Shown here: positions 37,182-47,136 of the stretch, piece after piece
How the letters are laid out: the number at the start of each line of letters is the position of its first letter
How positions within the stretch are numbered: position 1 is the stretch's first letter
Assembly: GCA_033549365.1 (NCBI GenBank)
Contig: JAWSUF010000006.1
Span: 141,472-205,471 of the forward strand
From: Acidobacteriota bacterium
Lineage (GTDB): Bacteria > Acidobacteriota > Aminicenantia > Aminicenantales > Saccharicenantaceae
DNA length: 64,000 nt
Direction: 5' to 3'
Notes under the pieces: generated by a model
The model's input: the letters and a program-made list of their open reading frames with translations, nothing else
Told to the model about the DNA's origin: nothing
Databases searched by the model: none
Made by a program: the position numbers and the translations under genes

Positions 37182-37483
37182 AAAACGCCCGCATTTCTTT
37201 TTTCTCCCAAATTGGGCGTTTTCACTCTTCGGGCGTGCCGATCTCACCATTCCGGCTGCATTGCTCCTTAATCTGGCCCGCAAGGAGGCTGCCGCGGGGC
37301 GCAGGGGGGATCCCGGAGCAAGCCGTCGGAGGGTCGAGCGGGCACGGATCCGAGGCTGCAAGCCGAGGAGAGCGAGACCCGGAGCCGGAGTGGACGGAAC
37401 TCGCCGGGGACCGGACACGTCTTGTGAAGGGATTCCCCCGAGCCCGAAAAGCGGAAGCCGACGCAGCGTACGGCAATCTCGAC

Positions 37484-37517
37484 CCGCGCACAGTCTCGGC
37501 TCCTCGATTGTGCGTGG
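37484..37517. repeat. 34-bp imperfect direct repeat copy 2 (CGCACAG-N15-TTGTGCG)
   Basis: cccgcgcacagtctcggctcctcgattgtgcgtg, ~75 bp upstream of the TonB-dependent-like receptor start. Adjacent tandem ggttaaga x2 at 37550-37567. Confidence 0.8.
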
Positions 37518-37591
37518 GAACAAGGCCGTTGACAGGAGTGGATCAAAAAGGTTAAGAAGGTTAAGACTTTTTGCGGAGAATGGTTCTACCT

Positions 37592-40366
37592 ATGAGGAAA
37601 ATACATCTTATGATCGTCCCGGCTTTGATCGCCGCCACCTTGGCGGCTTTCCCGTGCGTCGCGGCCGCTCAGGAAACCGGGCTTCTCCGGGGACGCGTTC
37701 TGGATGCCGCGGACCGGCCGGCGGCCGGCTTGACGGTCATTCTTGCCTCCCGAACTCACATCTTGCGTTTTCAGACGGAGAGCGATCCCTCCGGCCGTTT
37801 CACCTGGGCCGGACTTCCCTCGGGAGCCTATCACATCTCCGTCCAAACACCCGGCGGAACTTTGACGGCGGCCCAACCGCTGGATATCGAAGCTCCCGAA
37901 GCCGTTTTCGCCGTTTTACGCCTGTCTCCGGATGCGGACAACCCGACCGCAGCCGCTCTCGAACCCGCTTTTCCCGGATTCTCCGATTTTTCGTCCGCCA
38001 CGTTCACTCATGCTTCACAAATTCACAACCTCCCGACGGGCAACACCGTTTGGAATATCATCGAAAATCAGGATTTTTCGGCCACGACGAACAGAATCGA
38101 TGTCGGCGGACTGTGGAATACGACACCGGCCGTGTTCAGTCCGCGCGGCGCCGTCTCCTGGACCCAGGTCGCCTACCGGTTGAACGGGATGGATGTCACC
38201 GACCCCTATTTCGGCGGGATGCCGCTCTTTCATCCCGATGTGTGGAGTCTGTCCTCCATGCGACTCGAAAACGGCGCTTTTCCGGCCGGATCGTTCTCGC
38301 CCGGCGGTTCACTGGACATCGCCACCTTCGAAGGCTCGGACGATTTCCGGGGCGGAGTCACATCCTTCTATCTGGACCGCAGCTATACAACGACCAACAT
38401 CACTCCGGCTCTTCAGGAGGAAGGTCTCTTCGCCACCCATGCCTTTCGCGGCCTTTTTGAGGGCAATCTCCGCCTGTCCGGTCCCCTGGTTCCCGGAAAA
38501 GTTCACTTCGCCTCGTCTTTTTCGGCCCGCCGCATCGCCCGGAATACCGCCGAATTCGAAGGCGACGAAGAGGACCGCGTGCTGTCCGGGCTGACGTCGA
38601 TCTCCTGGCTCCGGGATCGAAGCCGTTGGAAGTTTCTCTGGACCGGCCAGACCGTCGACCGCTCGGCTTTCGGCGCCGGCCGGCGGATTCCCTCGACCTC
38701 GACTCTGGACAGAAAAGATTATCACAATATTTTTCAAATCCTGGGGACTCTGCAGCTCGAAGACAACCATGTGCTCAAGGCGGGTCTGAGTTATGCCCGA
38801 ACCGATATTCACGCCGGATTTCAGGAGGGCGCAGAGGGACCTCACGGACTCGAGATATTCCGAACTCCCCTGTTCGGACCGGCGGCCCGTTCTTACCGGG
38901 ACGGGCGCGACAACCTCTCTTTTCTCCTTAAGGGGGAATGGGCTTCGGCCGGCGGCGACAACAGTTTGAACAGATTGATTTACGGCGTCCGTTTCCGTGC
39001 CGCAGCCTCTTCGTCCCGGAAGGACATCCGCGAAAACCATCATCTCCGGTTTTTTGAGGGCCGCCCCCTCGAAGTCGCTTTCTTCGACGGTCCCTTCAAT
39101 CACCGGGAGTCCTCGTTGGAAACCGGGGTTTTCGCCTCAAACACTTGGACGCTCGACCGGTTTCTGTCCCTGCATGCCGCCTTCCACCTGGATTGGACAC
39201 AGGGCCGGATCCCCGGATCCTCGGGGGATGCCCCGAGCATCGACTGGATTCATCTCTCCTCCCGACTGGGCGCCAGTCTGCCCTTATCCGCAAACGGCCG
39301 GTCTCAGCTCAGGATCCACCTCGGACGATATTTTTATTCCCTTCCGCTTTCCTTTCTCACCTGGGGAAATCCCGGGGCGCCCGGAAGCCGGATTTATGCC
39401 TGGAACGACTCCGACGGCGACGGTCGCTTCAGTGCCGGAGAGTCCGGAACTCTTCTCAGGCGCGAAGGCCCGCTCTTCGCCGCCATCGACCCGGAACTCA
39501 AGCGTCCCCGCGTCGACGAACTGTCCATCGGCTTCATGCGCAGGAGTCTCACCGGCTGGCATATCAGCGTTACGGGTTTTCTCCGGGAAACAAGAAATCT
39601 CCCGGCCGCTTTGAACATCGGCGTCCCCTTTTCCGCCTATGACCCGCACACCCTCTATGACATCGGCGACGACAGGATTCCGGGATCTCATGACGATCTG
39701 ATTTTCACGGTTTATGAGAGGCGGCCGGAATACCTGGGACGCGATTTCTTCCTGCTGACCGCGAACCTTCCGGACAAACGGGGTTCGAGCTACCAGGGTC
39801 TGGACGTCGCCTTTTATAAAAGAACCAGCGACAAATTGTTCATTTATATGACTTTTACGGCCACCCAAGCAGCCGGAGAATCCAACCCGGGGAACACCGA
39901 GTGGGAAAACGACGACGGGATCGCCGGCACCCTCTACTCCGATCCCAACTCCCTGATCAACGCCAGGGGACGACTGCGGTTCGACCGCGCCTATACGGCC
40001 CGGATCGGTTTTCAGCTTGACCTCCCCTGGAACATCCGCCTGGGCTCGGTGACCAAATATTATGACGGTCAGCCCTTCGCCCGCTGGATCGTGGTTTCCG
40101 GCATGAATCAGGGTCCGTACATCATTCAGGCTCATCCGCGCGGAAAAGCCCGCTATGAGTTCAACATGAACGTCGACCTTCGTCTGGAGAAAATCTTCGA
40201 TCTCGGCGGCTCCCGACTCCGCATCATCCTCGACGGGTTCAACCTGACCAATTTCAACCTGGCCACGGAGGAAAGCCCGTGGACGGGTGACGCCTTCCCT
40301 CTCCGTTACGCAACGGAAATCCAGCCGCCGCGGGTCGTCCGCCTGGGGTTGTCCTATGAATTTTAA
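37592..40366 (+). CDS. TonB-dependent-receptor-like outer-membrane β-barrel protein with N-terminal carboxypeptidase-regulatory-like domain
   Basis: Signal peptide MRKIHLMIVPALIAATLAAFPCVAAAQE. GLLRGRVLDAADRPAAGLTVIL… (CarbopepD_reg-like). C-terminal …RVVRLGLSYEF (aromatic terminal residue). Start chosen at ATG 37592 rather than the track's TTG at 37571. Confidence 0.65.
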   Translation: MRKIHLMIVPALIAATLAAFPCVAAAQETGLLRGRVLDAADRPAAGLTVILASRTHILRFQTESDPSGRFTWAGLPSGAYHISVQTPGGTLTAAQPLDIEAPEAVFAVLRLSPDADNPTAAALEPAFPGFSDFSSATFTHASQIHNLPTGNTVWNIIENQDFSATTNRIDVGGLWNTTPAVFSPRGAVSWTQVAYRLNGMDVTDPYFGGMPLFHPDVWSLSSMRLENGAFPAGSFSPGGSLDIATFEGSDDFRGGVTSFYLDRSYTTTNITPALQEEGLFATHAFRGLFEGNLRLSGPLVPGKVHFASSFSARRIARNTAEFEGDEEDRVLSGLTSISWLRDRSRWKFLWTGQTVDRSAFGAGRRIPSTSTLDRKDYHNIFQILGTLQLEDNHVLKAGLSYARTDIHAGFQEGAEGPHGLEIFRTPLFGPAARSYRDGRDNLSFLLKGEWASAGGDNSLNRLIYGVRFRAAASSSRKDIRENHHLRFFEGRPLEVAFFDGPFNHRESSLETGVFASNTWTLDRFLSLHAAFHLDWTQGRIPGSSGDAPSIDWIHLSSRLGASLPLSANGRSQLRIHLGRYFYSLPLSFLTWGNPGAPGSRIYAWNDSDGDGRFSAGESGTLLRREGPLFAAIDPELKRPRVDELSIGFMRRSLTGWHISVTGFLRETRNLPAALNIGVPFSAYDPHTLYDIGDDRIPGSHDDLIFTVYERRPEYLGRDFFLLTANLPDKRGSSYQGLDVAFYKRTSDKLFIYMTFTATQAAGESNPGNTEWENDDGIAGTLYSDPNSLINARGRLRFDRAYTARIGFQLDLPWNIRLGSVTKYYDGQPFARWIVVSGMNQGPYIIQAHPRGKARYEFNMNVDLRLEKIFDLGGSRLRIILDGFNLTNFNLATEESPWTGDAFPLRYATEIQPPRVVRLGLSYEF

Positions 40367-41174
40367 AAAAAGAACGGCCGTTTTCGTGTTCGCGGCGGTC
40401 GCCGCCGCAACCCTGACACCCGGCCTCTCGGCCTATCAGATGTTCATCTTCCGGCCGGCCGGCCTGGACTTGCCGTCCGCTCGTCCCGGCGGCATCGCCG
40501 TGCACGGCGAGTTTTTCGGCTGGCGTCTCGAACCCTCCACGTTTCCCAGCTACAACGACCACAGAGGACCCGTCGACCGCTGGAATTTCGGTTTTCAAAA
40601 CCGCGTCCGCCTGACCCCGACCACGGTCGTCTTCGCCCAACTCCTGACCCACGACGACGGCGAGCGAAGGACCAAGTTCGATTGGCACTTCCATCTGCGC
40701 CAGCAGATCATCGACAACGTCGTCGTCATCATCGGCCACGACAGCGACCATGACTCCGACAACCTGAGCCGCCTCAACGGAAAATCCTTTTTCACGAACA
40801 GGAATTATGTCGGCGTCGGATTTCCCGTCGAAGGCGAGACATATTATTTTGAACCCTTTACCTGGTTCTTCCATCACACGAACCAGAGAGCCCACCTGGA
40901 CCTGTCCGGTGAAATCCTCAAGCAGGAATTCGGCCTCCGCTTCGGGGCCGTCATCCGGAGCGCTCTGAGCGTGCACATTCAGGTTTTTACGCAGACCGAC
41001 ACGCTTTTCAATATCGGGCAGGCCTGGATCGGCGATACCATCGTCCGCTTCGCGCTTGCGCCCTGGCTTGAATTATCGGCCGGTTTCGGCTTCTGGAAAG
41101 ACATCGTCGATTCCCCCGCAGGAACCCGGCAGAGCTTCCACAAGCTTCACTGGGGAATCGCCGTACCTTTTTAG
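40356..41174 (+). CDS. Hypothetical secreted/outer-membrane protein (272 aa)
   Basis: ATG 40356 overlaps the end of the upstream OMP gene. Signal peptide MNFKKRTAVFVFAAVAAATLTPGLSA. Ends …HWGIAVPF. Confidence 0.45.
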   Translation: MNFKKRTAVFVFAAVAAATLTPGLSAYQMFIFRPAGLDLPSARPGGIAVHGEFFGWRLEPSTFPSYNDHRGPVDRWNFGFQNRVRLTPTTVVFAQLLTHDDGERRTKFDWHFHLRQQIIDNVVVIIGHDSDHDSDNLSRLNGKSFFTNRNYVGVGFPVEGETYYFEPFTWFFHHTNQRAHLDLSGEILKQEFGLRFGAVIRSALSVHIQVFTQTDTLFNIGQAWIGDTIVRFALAPWLELSAGFGFWKDIVDSPAGTRQSFHKLHWGIAVPF

Positions 41175-41187
41175 GCCGGGCATTCCA

Positions 41188-42726
41188 TCATTTTCCCGGC
41201 CGAAAATCGAGCTCGGGCCGGGCGGCCATATCCATGACGGCCATGAACAGGAGTCGGGCGATGTCCTCCATGATTTCAGGCGTGACCAAGTCGATCGTGT
41301 CCTTGGTGTTGTGATAGGTGGGATATGGAGTGGGTTTGCCGTAGGCGCCGAATGTCAGTGAGGGAACGCCTTTCCAGAAAAACCAGGCCGAATCCTGGCG
41401 GGGCCGGCCGGGATAGGCCGCCGGCCGCGTCGACAGGGTTCGATGGATATATTTCGCATTGGCTTTTTCGATAAAGGCCCAGAAATCGGGATACGTCGTT
41501 CCTCCCGAGGCGGAAATCTTGTCTCCGACGCCGGGGCCTTCCATATTGATGAACACCAGAGTCTTTTCCAGAGGATAGATGGGATTTTCCGTATAGAATT
41601 TGGACCCGGCCACACCTTGTTCCTCGCTTCCGAAAAAGTTGAACAGGATGGTCCGCTTGGGCTTGATTTCACATTTCATCATGGCTTCGGCGATGCCCAG
41701 ACCGACGGCCACCGCCGTAGCGTTGTCATTGGCGCCGGGCATGAGCTCCCACATCCGCCCGAGATGGTCGAGATGTCCGCCGATCAGAATGACCTCGTCC
41801 TTGAGTGCGGGATCGCTGCCCGGAATGACGCCGACGACGTTGACGCCGACACCGTCGGGGTGGTGCTCCGTCACGTTTTTCAAGGTCATGATTTTTCCCG
41901 TGGCGAAGGAACGCGGCTTGAGCTCCCTGCGGATGTCCGCAAGAATCTCCTTATGGGTCCGGCCCGTTCCGGCGAAAATGTCCGCAACGACCACCGCCCC
42001 GACATGATGGTAGATGAAATCCTTGTTGTAGGCGTTGTTGGGATTGCCGATGGGGCCGTAGTTGTAAATCATCCCCCGGGCCCCATGGGACACGGCGTTT
42101 TCCAATTTATACTGGTGGAAGGAATAGGGGCGCCACTTCAGGAACAGGTCCATGGTTTTGCCCGTCGGCGGCACCGGGACCTCGGGTTCCATGAGAACGA
42201 TTTTCCCGCGGACATCGACTCCGGCATAATCGTCGTATCCCAACTCAGGCGCCGTGATTCCGTAACCGACGTAGATGACCTCGGCCGTAATCTCCCCCGA
42301 ACCGGACGTTCCCCCGGGAATGAATTCCTCGTCAAAAGAATAGGATTTCCGGATCACATCACCGTTCGCCGGAAGATGCAGGACACATTCCCCGCCCGGA
42401 AAAACGAGCGTGTAGGGATTGGGGAAGGATTGTAGATATGTGCCGTTGTCGCCGGCGGGTTGAACGCCCCAGGATTCGAGAAGAGAGACGACCCATTCGA
42501 CACTGGCCGTGTATTCGGGAGTTCCGGTCAGGCGGCCGCCGAATTTCTCCGATGTCAACTCTTTGACATAATCATAAAGGACGTTGCTGGAGATAAGATG
42601 CATGGCCTCGACGAGTTTCTGCTCGTCGGTCCGCTGGGGTGCGGCCGGCTGTTGGGCGGAAACGGGGAAGACAAGCGTTCCGATCAGAAGACAGAGGAAA
42701 AACGTTTTCTTGAAGTGCGTCATCAT
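41188..42726 (-). CDS. M28-family aminopeptidase with PA domain, secreted
   Basis: Signal peptide. Metal-ligand motifs HLDHLG, GANDNATAVAV, NFFGSEEQG are typical of M28 peptidases. Confidence 0.8.
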   Translation of the reverse strand: MMTHFKKTFFLCLLIGTLVFPVSAQQPAAPQRTDEQKLVEAMHLISSNVLYDYVKELTSEKFGGRLTGTPEYTASVEWVVSLLESWGVQPAGDNGTYLQSFPNPYTLVFPGGECVLHLPANGDVIRKSYSFDEEFIPGGTSGSGEITAEVIYVGYGITAPELGYDDYAGVDVRGKIVLMEPEVPVPPTGKTMDLFLKWRPYSFHQYKLENAVSHGARGMIYNYGPIGNPNNAYNKDFIYHHVGAVVVADIFAGTGRTHKEILADIRRELKPRSFATGKIMTLKNVTEHHPDGVGVNVVGVIPGSDPALKDEVILIGGHLDHLGRMWELMPGANDNATAVAVGLGIAEAMMKCEIKPKRTILFNFFGSEEQGVAGSKFYTENPIYPLEKTLVFINMEGPGVGDKISASGGTTYPDFWAFIEKANAKYIHRTLSTRPAAYPGRPRQDSAWFFWKGVPSLTFGAYGKPTPYPTYHNTKDTIDLVTPEIMEDIARLLFMAVMDMAARPELDFRPGK

Positions 42727-42781
42727 GACCTCCTGTGACGGAATAAGCCTATTATTGCGAAACCCGGGCGGAAGGCAAGCC

Positions 42782-43810
42782 CTAATTCAGGATATCCCGG
42801 AACGCTTCGAGCGCCCGGTCGACATCGGCGTCGCCGACATCCTTGTGGGTGACGAAACGGACACCGGCGAAGACGGCCAGCGCCAAAACGCCCCGTTCCT
42901 TCAATTTTTCGAGAAACGCCGGCGCGGAAAGCCGGGGATGGCTGAAGCGGAAGAGGACGATATTTGTTTGAACGGACTCGGGATCGAGCTCGATGCCCGG
43001 AAGCCCGGCGATCCCATGGGCCAGCCGGGAAGCCCGGGCATGGTCCTCGGCCAACCGGGCCGGCATCTCCTCGAGCGCGATGATGGCCGGGGCGGCCAGG
43101 ACACCGACCTGTCTCATCCCGCCGCCGAGGGCCTTTCGCAACCTCCGGCCGTATTCGATTGAGCTTCGGTCGGCCACAAGCAGCGATCCGACCGGCGCCG
43201 AAAGTCCTTTCGACAGGCAGAAAATCAAGGAATCCACGCGCGCGGCATAGTCTTTGACGGGAACGCCGGATGCCTGAGAGGCGTTGAAAATCCTGGCGCC
43301 GTCCATATGGACCTTCAGACCGTGCTCGTCGGCCAGGCCGCGCAAGGCCTCCAGATTTTCCAGGGGAAGAACAGCGCCGCCCCAACTGTTGTGAGTGTTC
43401 TCCACACAGATAAGCGATGTCCGCGGGATATGAACGGACGGCTTCCGGATATTGTTTCGCACGTCGCCGGGATCCATGACACCGCGGTTTGAGCGAAGGG
43501 GCCGGGGCGTGACCCTGGAGATCAGCGTCATATGGGTCGATTCCATGTTGTAGATATGGGACTTTTCCTCGACGATGACCTCGTCCAGCTCCTGTGTCCA
43601 CATCTTGACGGCGATGGAATTTCCCATGGTTCCCGAGGGGACGTAGAGAGCGGCGTCTTTGCCCATGATCCGGGCCGCCCGGGCCTCGAGATCCTGAACC
43701 GTCGGGTCGTCGCCGAGAACATCGTCGCCGACCACGGCTTCGGCCATGGCCCGGCGCATCGCGTCCGAAGGCCGGGTGACGGTATCGCTGCGGAAATCCG
43801 AAAAAGTCAT
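42782..43810 (-). CDS. ltaE: Low-specificity L-threonine aldolase
   Basis: MTFSDFRSDTVTRPSDAMRRAMAEA…GDDVLGDDPTV…SGTMGNSIAV…CLSKGL (PLP-Lys). Start trimmed to ATG 43808-43810. Confidence 0.8.
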   Translation of the reverse strand: MTFSDFRSDTVTRPSDAMRRAMAEAVVGDDVLGDDPTVQDLEARAARIMGKDAALYVPSGTMGNSIAVKMWTQELDEVIVEEKSHIYNMESTHMTLISRVTPRPLRSNRGVMDPGDVRNNIRKPSVHIPRTSLICVENTHNSWGGAVLPLENLEALRGLADEHGLKVHMDGARIFNASQASGVPVKDYAARVDSLIFCLSKGLSAPVGSLLVADRSSIEYGRRLRKALGGGMRQVGVLAAPAIIALEEMPARLAEDHARASRLAHGIAGLPGIELDPESVQTNIVLFRFSHPRLSAPAFLEKLKERGVLALAVFAGVRFVTHKDVGDADVDRALEAFRDILN

Positions 43811-43953
43811 GATAAGTCCTCCTGATAAATCTGAACGACCCTCATTATAGGCGGCGCTCCATCGGGTGACAAGGGGCGATGCCCGGCAACGCCCGGGCTG
43901 TTTACAGAGTTCGGAATATATGTTAGTAATGAACAAGGCGCGTGCGCGCGAAG

Positions 43954-44676
43954 ATGCCCATGATCAAAAAGAGACTGATTGACGTATGCCTCGGGGCCCT
44001 CGTCTTTTTCAATATTTTTTTTCTGAGCGCCGTGATCTTTTCCCAGGTTATCCTTACGGGAGAAAGTGTTTCTCTCCCCGACCTGAGCGGAAAAACCGTG
44101 GACGAGGCCCGGACCGAGCTTGCCAGAAAAGACCTTGTCGTTATTCAGAAAGGCTGGGTCTTCCACGATCTCTATGACCGCGGCCGGATCGTCCAACAGG
44201 ATCCGGCGCCGGGATCCAAGCTTCAAGTGACAAAAACCGTTCAGGTTCTGGTCAGCGCCGGAAGCGAGCTTGTCTCTGTTCCCGCATTCGAGGGACGGAG
44301 CCTTGAGGCCGTCACGCCGGCCATCCGCCAGTCCGGTCTCGTCCGAGGACCCCTGTCGCAAATTCACACGCCCCGCTATCCGGCCGGACGCATCATCGCC
44401 CAATCGCCGCCGCCGGGGACGACCATCGATCGCAACAGCGCCGTCGGTTTTCTCATCAGCCAGGGCGAACGTGAACAGCGCTTTCTGATGCCGGATCTCA
44501 TCGGCCGCAAGGCCGACCGCGTCATCGAGCGTCTCCGAAGGTTGGATTTCAAGGTCGGTGATATCCGGTATTCCTATTATCCGGGCCGGGAAGCCGGCGT
44601 GATCATCGGACAATATCCGCCGCACGGATTTCGAATCCAGAAAAGAAATCTGATCACTCTGGAGGTCAGCCGCTGA
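43954..44676 (+). CDS. Membrane-anchored PASTA-domain protein (three PASTA repeats)
   Basis: N-terminal TM helix, then repeated …LPDLSGKTVDEARTELARKDL…, …VPAFEGRSLEAV…, …MPDLIGRKADRVIERLRRLDFKVG… modules. Start could be GTG 43942 or ATG 43954/43960. Confidence 0.7.
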   Translation: MPMIKKRLIDVCLGALVFFNIFFLSAVIFSQVILTGESVSLPDLSGKTVDEARTELARKDLVVIQKGWVFHDLYDRGRIVQQDPAPGSKLQVTKTVQVLVSAGSELVSVPAFEGRSLEAVTPAIRQSGLVRGPLSQIHTPRYPAGRIIAQSPPPGTTIDRNSAVGFLISQGEREQRFLMPDLIGRKADRVIERLRRLDFKVGDIRYSYYPGREAGVIIGQYPPHGFRIQKRNLITLEVSR

Positions 44677-45353
44677 TGGTTCACATTGCTCCTTCCCTTC
44701 TTTCCGCAAATTTCGCCCGATTGGGCGAAGCCGTCCGCATGGCCGAAGACGGCGGCGCCGACGTCATCCACTTCGATGTCATGGACGGCCGCTTCGTCCC
44801 GAACATCACCTTCGGACCGCTGGTCGTTGAAGCGCTCCGGCCCCTGACCTCGCTTCCGTTTTATGTTCATCTCATGATCGAGAACCCCGGAAAATTCATC
44901 CCCGCCTTTCGCCAGGCCGGCGCCGATTGGATTTCGTTTCACATCGAGGCCTCGACCCATCTCCACAAGGATATCTCCCTGATCCGCGAATCCAGCGCCC
45001 AACCCGGTCTCTCTCTCAATCCGGCCACCCCTCTGCATCTTCTCGAAGAGATCCTGCCCGAACTCCACCATGTCCTTCTGATGTCGGTGAATCCCGGTTG
45101 GGGCGGCCAGACGTTCATTCCATCATCCCGGGCCAAGATCCGGAAGCTCCGGGAGTGGATTCGGCGCGAAGGTCTGTCAACCCTCATCGCCGCGGACGGA
45201 GGGATCGACCATCAAAACGCCGAGTCTCTTGTTCAGGACGGACTGGACATCGTCATCGCCGGATCGGCCGTCTACGGCGACCCCGACCCGGTTGCGGCAA
45301 CGGCCCGCCTGAAACAAATGGCCGAGCGCATCAACGCCGAGGGCCGGTCATGA
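44676..45353 (+). CDS. rpe: Ribulose-phosphate 3-epimerase
   Basis: IAPSLLSANFARLGE…HFDVMDGRFVPNITFGP…SVNPGWGGQ…ADGG. Confidence 0.9.
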   Translation: MVHIAPSLLSANFARLGEAVRMAEDGGADVIHFDVMDGRFVPNITFGPLVVEALRPLTSLPFYVHLMIENPGKFIPAFRQAGADWISFHIEASTHLHKDISLIRESSAQPGLSLNPATPLHLLEEILPELHHVLLMSVNPGWGGQTFIPSSRAKIRKLREWIRREGLSTLIAADGGIDHQNAESLVQDGLDIVIAGSAVYGDPDPVAATARLKQMAERINAEGRS

Positions 45354-46297
45354 AAAGCCTGGTCACAGGGGTGGCGGGTTTCATCGGATCCCATGTCGCC
45401 TCCCGGCTCCTGGACCTGGGTCACGAGGTCACGGGTGTCGATATTTTCACCGATACCTATCCCCGATGGATCAAGGAAAGAAACCTGGCCCGCCTGTCGG
45501 GCCGGCCCGGCTTTCATTTTCTCGAGACCGACTTGGAGACCCCGGCTCTCCCCGAAATCCTTCGCGGGGTCGAGACTGTGTTTCATCTGGCGGCCCAGGC
45601 CGGCGTGCGGGCCAGTTGGGGGCGGAGTTTTTCGGAATATATCAAGAACAACATCCAGGCAACGCAAAACCTTCTCGAAACCTGCCTCGGGCTTCCGGAT
45701 CTCCGGCGTTTCGTCTACGCCTCGTCCTCATCGGTCTACGGGCTCACATCCGATCTGCCCATGAAGGAAACGAGCCCCGTGCGGCCCCTGTCCCCCTACG
45801 GCGTAACCAAGCTTTCGGCCGAACAGCTCTGTTTCCTGTATTTTAAAAACTATGGAGTTCCGACCGTATCCCTGCGCTTTTTCACGGTGTACGGCCCCGG
45901 CCAAAGACCCGACATGGCGTTTCACAAATTTTTCAAGGCCCTGGGCCGGGAAGAAGCCATTCCGGTTTTCGGCGACGGGCGGCAGACCCGGGACTTCACC
46001 TTCATCGACGACATTGTCGCCGCCAACCTGGCCGCCGTCGAGCGCGGACGCCCGGGAGAAACCTACAATATCGGCGGCGGACATCGGGAAACCCTGGCCG
46101 ATGTCATCGCTCTTCTGGAAGACGTTTGCGGAAAAAACGCCCGTCTGGACAGTCAACCGGTTCAGAAAGGAGACGTCCCCGACACCTGGGCTGACATCGA
46201 CAAGGCCGGGCGGGACCTGGGATACGCCCCGGCGACCGACCTCCGCCTGGGACTCGAACAAGAATGGAAATGGATTCGGGGGCTCTACGCTTTTTAA
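45350..46297 (+). CDS. NAD-dependent epimerase/dehydratase (UDP-sugar 4-epimerase-like)
   Basis: ATG 45350 overlaps the rpe stop. MKSLVTGVAGFIGSHV…, YASSSSVYG, Y…K catalytic pair region (PYGVTK). Confidence 0.85.
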   Translation: MKSLVTGVAGFIGSHVASRLLDLGHEVTGVDIFTDTYPRWIKERNLARLSGRPGFHFLETDLETPALPEILRGVETVFHLAAQAGVRASWGRSFSEYIKNNIQATQNLLETCLGLPDLRRFVYASSSSVYGLTSDLPMKETSPVRPLSPYGVTKLSAEQLCFLYFKNYGVPTVSLRFFTVYGPGQRPDMAFHKFFKALGREEAIPVFGDGRQTRDFTFIDDIVAANLAAVERGRPGETYNIGGGHRETLADVIALLEDVCGKNARLDSQPVQKGDVPDTWADIDKAGRDLGYAPATDLRLGLEQEWKWIRGLYAF

Positions 46298-46321
46298 CAT
46301 CCCCCGATCCGGAAAAAGGAC

Positions 46322-47125
46322 ATGCTCATGCCGAAAACGCAACGATTCAAGGCCGGCGCGGCCATGCTCGCCGTCATGCTGATCGCCTGCGCCGCCGCCG
46401 GCTGCAAAAAAACCACGGTCGAAATCACCCCGGAGGTGGCCTCTTCGGACGAAGCCCTTTTCAAGATGGGAGAATCCTTCATCAAGAAAGATCCGGAAAA
46501 AGGGCTCATTTATCTCCGCCAGGTCATCGATTCCTTTCCGAAAAGCTTCTACGCCCAGAGAGCCAAGCTCCTGATCGCGGATTCCTACTTCGACAAAGGC
46601 GACGAGGGCAGCATGATTCTGGCCGCGGCGGAATACCGGGAATTCATCAATCTCTATCCCTACAGTCCCTCAGCGGCCTATTGTCAATACCGTATCGCCA
46701 TGACGTTCTACGCCAAGGCGCTGAAACCCGGACGCGACCCAACCCGCACCCGGCAGGCGCTGGCCGAATTCCGCAGGGTCGTCGCCAATTACCCGTTGAG
46801 CGAATATGCCGCCCAGGCCGAGGAAAAGATCCGGGATTGCGAGGAGCGGCTGGCCGAACACACCATGACCATCGCCCGGCATTATCACCGGGCCCGCGCC
46901 TACCGGGCGGCCACTAGCCGCCTGACCGAGCTTCTCACCGCCTATCCGATGTATTCCAAAATGGACGAGGTCTATTTTCTTCTCGGCGATTCCTTTTTTC
47001 TCTGGGGTCAGATGGATCAGGCTCAACCCTTCCTGACAAAACTCCTGACGGACTTTCCGGAAAGTTCCTATGCCTCCCGGGCCGAGTCCCGGCTCAGGGA
47101 AATCGAAAACAGGGCCAAGAACTGA
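46322..47125 (+). CDS. bamD: Outer membrane protein assembly factor BamD (TPR lipoprotein)
   Basis: Lipobox …LIACAAAGCKK. TPR-like helices with a BamD-like pattern (YLRQVIDSFPKSFYAQRAKLLIADSYF…). Confidence 0.75.
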   Translation: MLMPKTQRFKAGAAMLAVMLIACAAAGCKKTTVEITPEVASSDEALFKMGESFIKKDPEKGLIYLRQVIDSFPKSFYAQRAKLLIADSYFDKGDEGSMILAAAEYREFINLYPYSPSAAYCQYRIAMTFYAKALKPGRDPTRTRQALAEFRRVVANYPLSEYAAQAEEKIRDCEERLAEHTMTIARHYHRARAYRAATSRLTELLTAYPMYSKMDEVYFLLGDSFFLWGQMDQAQPFLTKLLTDFPESSYASRAESRLREIENRAKN

Positions 47126-47136
47126 GAGACACCACC

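Noticed and set aside
37261-38460. 399-aa Arg/Ser-rich ORF spanning the lpd-receptor intergenic region and the start of the TonB-dependent-like gene.
   Set aside because: Overlaps out of frame a gene with a clear signal peptide and β-barrel features. Its composition (RRRRG…SRSR) is characteristic of a wrong-frame read of GC-rich DNA.
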